From positions 192,786 through 256,785 of the forward strand of contig CBDICO010000001.1 in assembly GCA_965277365.1 (NCBI GenBank): a DNA stretch of 64,000 bases, in the 5' to 3' direction. Positions 59,443-64,000 of the stretch are shown piece after piece. This DNA is from Phormidesmis sp. GTDB lineage: Bacteria; Cyanobacteriota; Cyanobacteriia; Leptolyngbyales; Leptolyngbyaceae. Each line of letters begins with the position of its first letter. Within the stretch, counting starts at the first letter, position 1. A program made the position numbers and the translations under genes. The notes beneath the pieces were generated by a model. That model was not told the origin of the DNA and did no database searches. It worked only from the letters and a program-made list of their open reading frames with translations.

Positions 59443-60009
59443 CTAACTGATTTTCAAATATCCTTGCTCAGTGCAGACCCCTTGCAGAGGCTGATCCCAA
59501 GGATCGATCGCTAATTCAGGAACTACCGCAAACTGAAAAACGATCCCGATCGTGGGTTTTTTCTTCCACTCTGGCGCACTGAGCAAGCGATCATAAAAGC
59601 CCCCTCCATAGCCCAATCGATAGCCTCTCAGATCACAGGCAACGCAGGGCACGAGAATTAAATCGACTCGATCAGGTTCCACAATCTGACTCTCAGCAGA
59701 GGGTTCGAGAATCCCGTAAGCTCCCGGTTTTAGGGGGAAATCTGGTGAAAGAATATGCCACGATAGCGATTTCTCGACACAACGCGGAAAGCCCCAGGTT
59801 TTAGGTAGCGAAAAGAGCAACCTGAGATCGGGTTCCTGTCTAAAACTGAAGTAAGCCAGAATGGTTTGAGACTGCTGAACCAGAGGCAACGCCGTTAAAT
59901 GTTCACAAATTTGCTGACTCATTGGCTGCCATTCTTCTAGTGGTTGCGATCGCCGTTTTGCTAACAGCGATTGCCGCAATGCTGTCTTCTCCAATGCTGT
60001 CTTCTCCAT
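59443..60009 (-). CDS. 5-formyltetrahydrofolate cyclo-ligase (likely start ATG 60009)
   Basis: DLILVPCVACD...GYRLGYGGGFYDRLL. Confidence 0.93.
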   Translation of the reverse strand: MEKTALEKTALRQSLLAKRRSQPLEEWQPMSQQICEHLTALPLVQQSQTILAYFSFRQEPDLRLLFSLPKTWGFPRCVEKSLSWHILSPDFPLKPGAYGILEPSAESQIVEPDRVDLILVPCVACDLRGYRLGYGGGFYDRLLSAPEWKKKPTIGIVFQFAVVPELAIDPWDQPLQGVCTEQGYLKIS

Positions 60010-60104
60010 TTCTGCCTTCAAACTTTCTGCCTTCCGCACGTATTGCGAATCACAACTCAATCTGTATGATCACTTGTATCCCATTTATGCGGGAGAGAGT
60101 CGTC

Positions 60105-61685
60105 ATGGACACGCTCAATCTAGAAGCCCCGATCGCCAAATTTCAGCACCTTCAAGACCAACTGCGCGATCGCTGGCGCAACTCAGACCAGTTTGACATC
60201 AGCGATGCCGATATTGTGGTCATTCCCTCGATCAGCATCGACCAGCGAGAACTCTTAAAAATTGAGGGTTTTTCACACTATGAAGAGCGGCTGCTGTTTT
60301 CTCTGATTCAGCTGAGAAACCCTCGAACTCGGCTGATCTACCTCACGTCACAGCCGCTCCACCCCAGCGTGATCGATTACTATCTGCAACTCTTGCCCGG
60401 AATTCCCTTTTCTCACGCCCGCGATCGGCTGCTGCTGCTCTCGACTTATGACAGCGCGACTAAGCCGTTGAGCCAGAAGATTCTTGAGCGTCCTCGGCTC
60501 ATTGAGCGAATTCGTCAGGCGGTCGATCGCGACCGTGCCTATATGATCTGCTATAACTCCACTACACTAGAGCGAGATTTATCGGTCGAGCTAGACATCC
60601 CCTTATTCGCGCTCGACCCCGATTTGCTAGAGTGGGGCACTAAAAGTGGGAGTCGCCAAATTTTTGCTGAAAGTGGAGTGCCTCATCCCGATGGCAGTCT
60701 GTTGGTGCACGATGCCCAGGAATTAGCGATCGTCACCGCCGATCTTTGGGAGCGACAACCCGATCTCAAACGCGTCGTCATCAAACTCAACGAAGGATTT
60801 TCGGGAGAAGGCAACGCGCTACTCGATCTGCGTCCTCTCAAAGAGATGGCTCCCGGATCGGCAACTCATGCCCAGCGAGTCACCACAATTCTCAACAAAT
60901 TTCATGCCCTACACTTCGAGTCAAAAGCCGAAACCTGGGAAAATTATGGCAGTCGCATCCCCGAATTGGGCGCGATCGCCGAGGCGTTTATCGAAGGAGA
61001 CGAAAAGCGATCGCCCAGCGTTCAGGGCCGCGTCAATCCCGTTGGGGAAGTCGAAATTCTCTCCACCCATGACCAAATTCTCGGCGGACCCAATAGTCAA
61101 ATCTATCTTGGTTGCTGCTTTCCAGCCGATGAGGCATATCGGCTGCGACTGCAAGACTTAGGCTTACGAGTCGGCAAAACCTTGGCAAAAAAAGGCGTAT
61201 TAGAACGATTTGGGTTAGATTTTGTTGCGGTTCGGCACCCCAGCACAGGCGAATGGGAGTTTGAAGCGATCGAGATCAACCTCCGCAAAGGCGGCACGAC
61301 TCACCCCTTCATGACGTTGAAGTTTCTCACAAACGGACGTTATGATCTCGCGAGCGGTCTATTCTACAGCCAGCAAGGGCGCGCCAAATATTACAAAGCC
61401 ACCGACAATCTGCAACGAGACCACTATCGAGGCTTATTGCCCAACGACTTGATGGATATTATTGCTTATCATCAGCTTCACTTTGACACTAGCACCGAGA
61501 CAGGCACCGTCTTTCACTTAATGGGGTGTCTCTCAGAATTTGGTAAGCTAGGTTTGACCAGCATTGGTAACTCTCCTCAGCAAGCCGAAGAGATTTATCG
61601 GCGAGTGGTCAAAGCGATCGACGACGAGACTAAACCCGCTAACTCGGTTCATACCTTGTCGATGCACTGGAATAGTGGTTATTAG
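60105..61685 (+). CDS. PGM1-related ATP-grasp peptide ligase (likely start ATG 60105)
   Basis: HYEERLLF, KLNEGFSGEGNA and EINLRKGGTTHP motifs. Confidence 0.85.
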   Translation: MDTLNLEAPIAKFQHLQDQLRDRWRNSDQFDISDADIVVIPSISIDQRELLKIEGFSHYEERLLFSLIQLRNPRTRLIYLTSQPLHPSVIDYYLQLLPGIPFSHARDRLLLLSTYDSATKPLSQKILERPRLIERIRQAVDRDRAYMICYNSTTLERDLSVELDIPLFALDPDLLEWGTKSGSRQIFAESGVPHPDGSLLVHDAQELAIVTADLWERQPDLKRVVIKLNEGFSGEGNALLDLRPLKEMAPGSATHAQRVTTILNKFHALHFESKAETWENYGSRIPELGAIAEAFIEGDEKRSPSVQGRVNPVGEVEILSTHDQILGGPNSQIYLGCCFPADEAYRLRLQDLGLRVGKTLAKKGVLERFGLDFVAVRHPSTGEWEFEAIEINLRKGGTTHPFMTLKFLTNGRYDLASGLFYSQQGRAKYYKATDNLQRDHYRGLLPNDLMDIIAYHQLHFDTSTETGTVFHLMGCLSEFGKLGLTSIGNSPQQAEEIYRRVVKAIDDETKPANSVHTLSMHWNSGY

Positions 61686-61847
61686 AAATTTGCTCCTTCT
61701 GTTGCAAATCCCAACTGATTCTTAAGGTAGGCTCTGTACGCAGAAAGAGAATGATAAAATTCGCAGCAGAGATCGCATCACCAGCCCCTCTTCGCTCATT
61801 CTTTTTGACTAATCTATTTTCAAGAACTCTCGTGCCCCTCGTCACTT

Positions 61848-62255
61848 GTGCAATCCCAAAAAACTCACAAGATTGAATTAAATAGCGATTATCCCTGTCC
61901 GTGTCGCCGTCGCGGGCGCTTGACTCCGATTACCCTGACCGAAGCGTTTGGCTGTAGTCGCTGTCAGCAAATTTTTGTCGTCGAAGAAGAAGGCTACGTT
62001 ATTGAGCAACTGTCTACGACTTACCCTTATAAGCGATCGTGGCGCTGGACAGGGCACCAGTGGAATGTCGTACATCCCGGTTTAGGCGACAGCTATTTGC
62101 CCCTCGCACTCGGCATTCTCCTGGTTTTGTTGAGCATTTGGCTCCCAGTGGCGCTCAACTCTGGCACAGGCGGCAGCATCATTCTTTGGGCGATCGTGGC
62201 GCTGCTGTTAGCGGTTTTGCCTGCGCTCATGGTTTGGTTAGCCTATCGCCGTTAG
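61848..62255 (+). CDS. Conserved hypothetical membrane protein with Cys pairs
   Basis: CPCRRRG and FGCSRCQQIF, plus two TM segments. Confidence 0.7.
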   Translation: MQSQKTHKIELNSDYPCPCRRRGRLTPITLTEAFGCSRCQQIFVVEEEGYVIEQLSTTYPYKRSWRWTGHQWNVVHPGLGDSYLPLALGILLVLLSIWLPVALNSGTGGSIILWAIVALLLAVLPALMVWLAYRR

Positions 62256-62259
62256 CTCC

Positions 62260-63525
62260 ATGACCCCCGAACTTTTTGAAACTCCTCTCGATCCTGCCAG
62301 TGTCGTTCGCAACGCCTATCATGCCTCCTTGAAGCTTTCAGCCGCCAAGGGCACCGTTCGCAGTCGCGCAGTTCAGGCGATGGCAAAGGCGCTAAAAAGC
62401 CAGCAAAACGACATCTTAGAAGCAAACACCTTAGATCTGGAAACGAGCCGGGAAATGGCAGTTCCCGATCTGCTGCTCGACTGGCTAAAGCTGACTCCAG
62501 AGCGAATTCAGAACACCATTCAGATTTTGCAGCACCTGAGTGAGTTGCCAGACCCGATCGGGCGCGTGATGACCGCAAACTTTCAGGTAGACCAGTGCCA
62601 AACCTATTCTCAGTTGATGCCTCTCGGTGTGATCGCGTTAGTGTATGAGGCATTTCCCGATCTGGGCGCGATCGCCGCCGGGTTGTGCATCAAGACGGGC
62701 AATGGCTTAATTCTCAAAGGCGGCAGTGAGGCAAGTCACTCTAACGCCGCGATCGCTCAAGTGCTCCAGTTTGCGGTTGAAGATGCCGACTTGCCGCCCG
62801 ACTGTTTGCAGTCACTTCCAGCAGATCAAGGGGCATCGATTCGAGATTTGGTGATTCAAGACCGCTATTTGAATCTAGTAATTCCTTACGGGCGACCGAG
62901 TTTAGTCCAGCAAGTGGTGCGTCAGTCTACTGCGCCTGTGTTGAAGTCGGCGATCGGCAACTGCTATCTCTATTGGTCGCCCTCTGGCAGCTTAGACGTG
63001 ACTCGCTGGATGATTCAAGACAGTCACCTGAGTGAGCCTGACCCTGTGAACGCGATCGAGAAAGTCTTGATCCATCCACACCAAAATCCCTCCTCACTGG
63101 TGATGCTGTGGCGCAGTTTGAGAGAGAAGGGATTTGAGATTCGAGGCGATGCTCGGCTGGTGACTGAGTTTCCAGAGCTGCTCTTAGCTGAAGATTCTGA
63201 ATGGAATCAGGCGTATCTCGATCGCATCGTCGCTTTTAAAGTGGTCGATGATTTGAGAGCCGCGATTGATTGGATCAATCACTACAGTAGCGGTCATGCC
63301 GATTGTCTCGCCACAGAGTCTTATCAAGAAAGTCGAGAATTTGCGCTAGGAGTCAACAGCGCCTCAACCTATATCAATGCGTCGCCCCGCTTTCATCGCA
63401 ACCCCAAGCGAGGCGACGCAATCTTTTTAGGAATGTCTAACCAAAAAGGGCACCGTCGAGGGCTAATTAGCATGGAAACCTTAACTACAACCAAACACAT
63501 TGTTCAAGGCACCGGACAGTTCTAA
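62260..63525 (+). CDS. proA: Gamma-glutamyl phosphate reductase-like paralog (ProA2 type)
   Basis: PLGVIALVYEAFP, LKGGSEA and HYSSGH motifs; catalytic CNA appears as VNA. Confidence 0.85.
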   Translation: MTPELFETPLDPASVVRNAYHASLKLSAAKGTVRSRAVQAMAKALKSQQNDILEANTLDLETSREMAVPDLLLDWLKLTPERIQNTIQILQHLSELPDPIGRVMTANFQVDQCQTYSQLMPLGVIALVYEAFPDLGAIAAGLCIKTGNGLILKGGSEASHSNAAIAQVLQFAVEDADLPPDCLQSLPADQGASIRDLVIQDRYLNLVIPYGRPSLVQQVVRQSTAPVLKSAIGNCYLYWSPSGSLDVTRWMIQDSHLSEPDPVNAIEKVLIHPHQNPSSLVMLWRSLREKGFEIRGDARLVTEFPELLLAEDSEWNQAYLDRIVAFKVVDDLRAAIDWINHYSSGHADCLATESYQESREFALGVNSASTYINASPRFHRNPKRGDAIFLGMSNQKGHRRGLISMETLTTTKHIVQGTGQF

Positions 63526-63627
63526 GTAGAGAGGCTCAATCAAAGTCAACCCGGATTTCGGCTCCGCTCAACCCGAATTTGAGCAGGGGCAGAGCCAAAA
63601 CGCGTCTAACCATTCAAAGCCTGTGAA

Positions 63628-63999
63628 TTATTCCTCTTCGGCTAACTTCACTTTTGTGGCTAACCCTAGCGATCGTAAGAGTCGAATCGTCATCCAAGTC
63701 ATATCGATTTCCCACCATTTCATGCCATGACGGGCAGAGTGTTGATAAGCGTGGTGGTTGTTGTGCCAGCCTTCGCCGTAGGTTAAAACCGCCACCCACC
63801 AGCAATTCTTGGAGTGATCGTTTGACTCATAAGACTGATAGCCAAACTTATGAGTTGCGCTATTAACAAACCAGGTGCAGTGAAAAACTGCCACCAATCT
63901 CACAAACACACCCCAAACCACAAAAGACCAGCCCCCCATTAAATAAAGGAGAATGCCTAATGCGACTTGGATGCCGAAGAAATTCTTTTGAAGAAACTG
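63628..63999 (-). CDS. desC: Delta-9 acyl-lipid desaturase, 3' part (partial)
   Basis: WFVNSATHKFGY, GEGWHNNHH and HGMKWWEID motifs. Confidence 0.92.
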   Translation of the reverse strand, partial: QFLQKNFFGIQVALGILLYLMGGWSFVVWGVFVRLVAVFHCTWFVNSATHKFGYQSYESNDHSKNCWWVAVLTYGEGWHNNHHAYQHSARHGMKWWEIDMTWMTIRLLRSLGLATKVKLAEEE

Positions 64000-64000
64000 A

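Noticed and set aside
59978-60009. 15-bp tandem duplication (EKTAL twice) at the cyclo-ligase N-terminus
   Set aside because: A small in-frame slippage in a variable terminus; no functional implication is evident.
4007-63866. Many 60-170-aa ORFs overlapping confident genes on the opposite strand or frame (e.g. 8553-8933, 19758-20153, 32482-32985, 50049-50459, 62252-62653)
   Set aside because: Shadow ORFs without recognisable motifs, lying within well-supported CDSs.
1-64000. Abundant GCGATCGC octamers
   Set aside because: This is the known HIP1 genome signature of cyanobacteria, not a local system.

Overview
A 64-kb chromosomal window from a cyanobacterium: the HIP1 octamer GCGATCGC is abundant, and cpcE/cpcF, a KaiB-domain gene and NtcA boxes are present. 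Most of it is ordinary housekeeping sequence (lipoxygenase, cynS, cpcEF, lhgO, hemE, cofH, ubiD, hppD, larB, nei, a proA-like gene, desC, tRNA-Arg(CCG), tRNA-Ala(CGC)). There are two accessory patches. (1) 8.9-11.5 kb: an IS6-bounded patch that replaced a chromosomal segment and left two gene stumps. (2) About 13.37-22.2 kb: a decayed island at tRNA-Ala(CGC) that reads as a relic type V-K CRISPR-associated transposon (CAST). It keeps a TGT end 63 nt downstream of a GTN PAM, a truncated-repeat homing spacer matching the tRNA, a 3-repeat array, a leader and a probable tracrRNA 3' stump cut by IS6. No cas12k or tns genes remain in the window. The cargo includes parDE, a tyrosine recombinase with a dif-like site, a ~213-bp CAST-ended mini-element interrupted by a MITE, a GIY-YIG nuclease with two paralogous small RHH-like proteins (best candidate for an undescribed system), and an ADP-ribosylglycohydrolase. 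Elsewhere: a TPR gene apparently deleted between HIP1 sites, a triple-nested MITE, and a glutamine riboswitch plus NtcA box controlling a DUF4278/PirA-like fusion. All family assignments and comparisons to published sequences are from motif recognition and memory; no searches were run.
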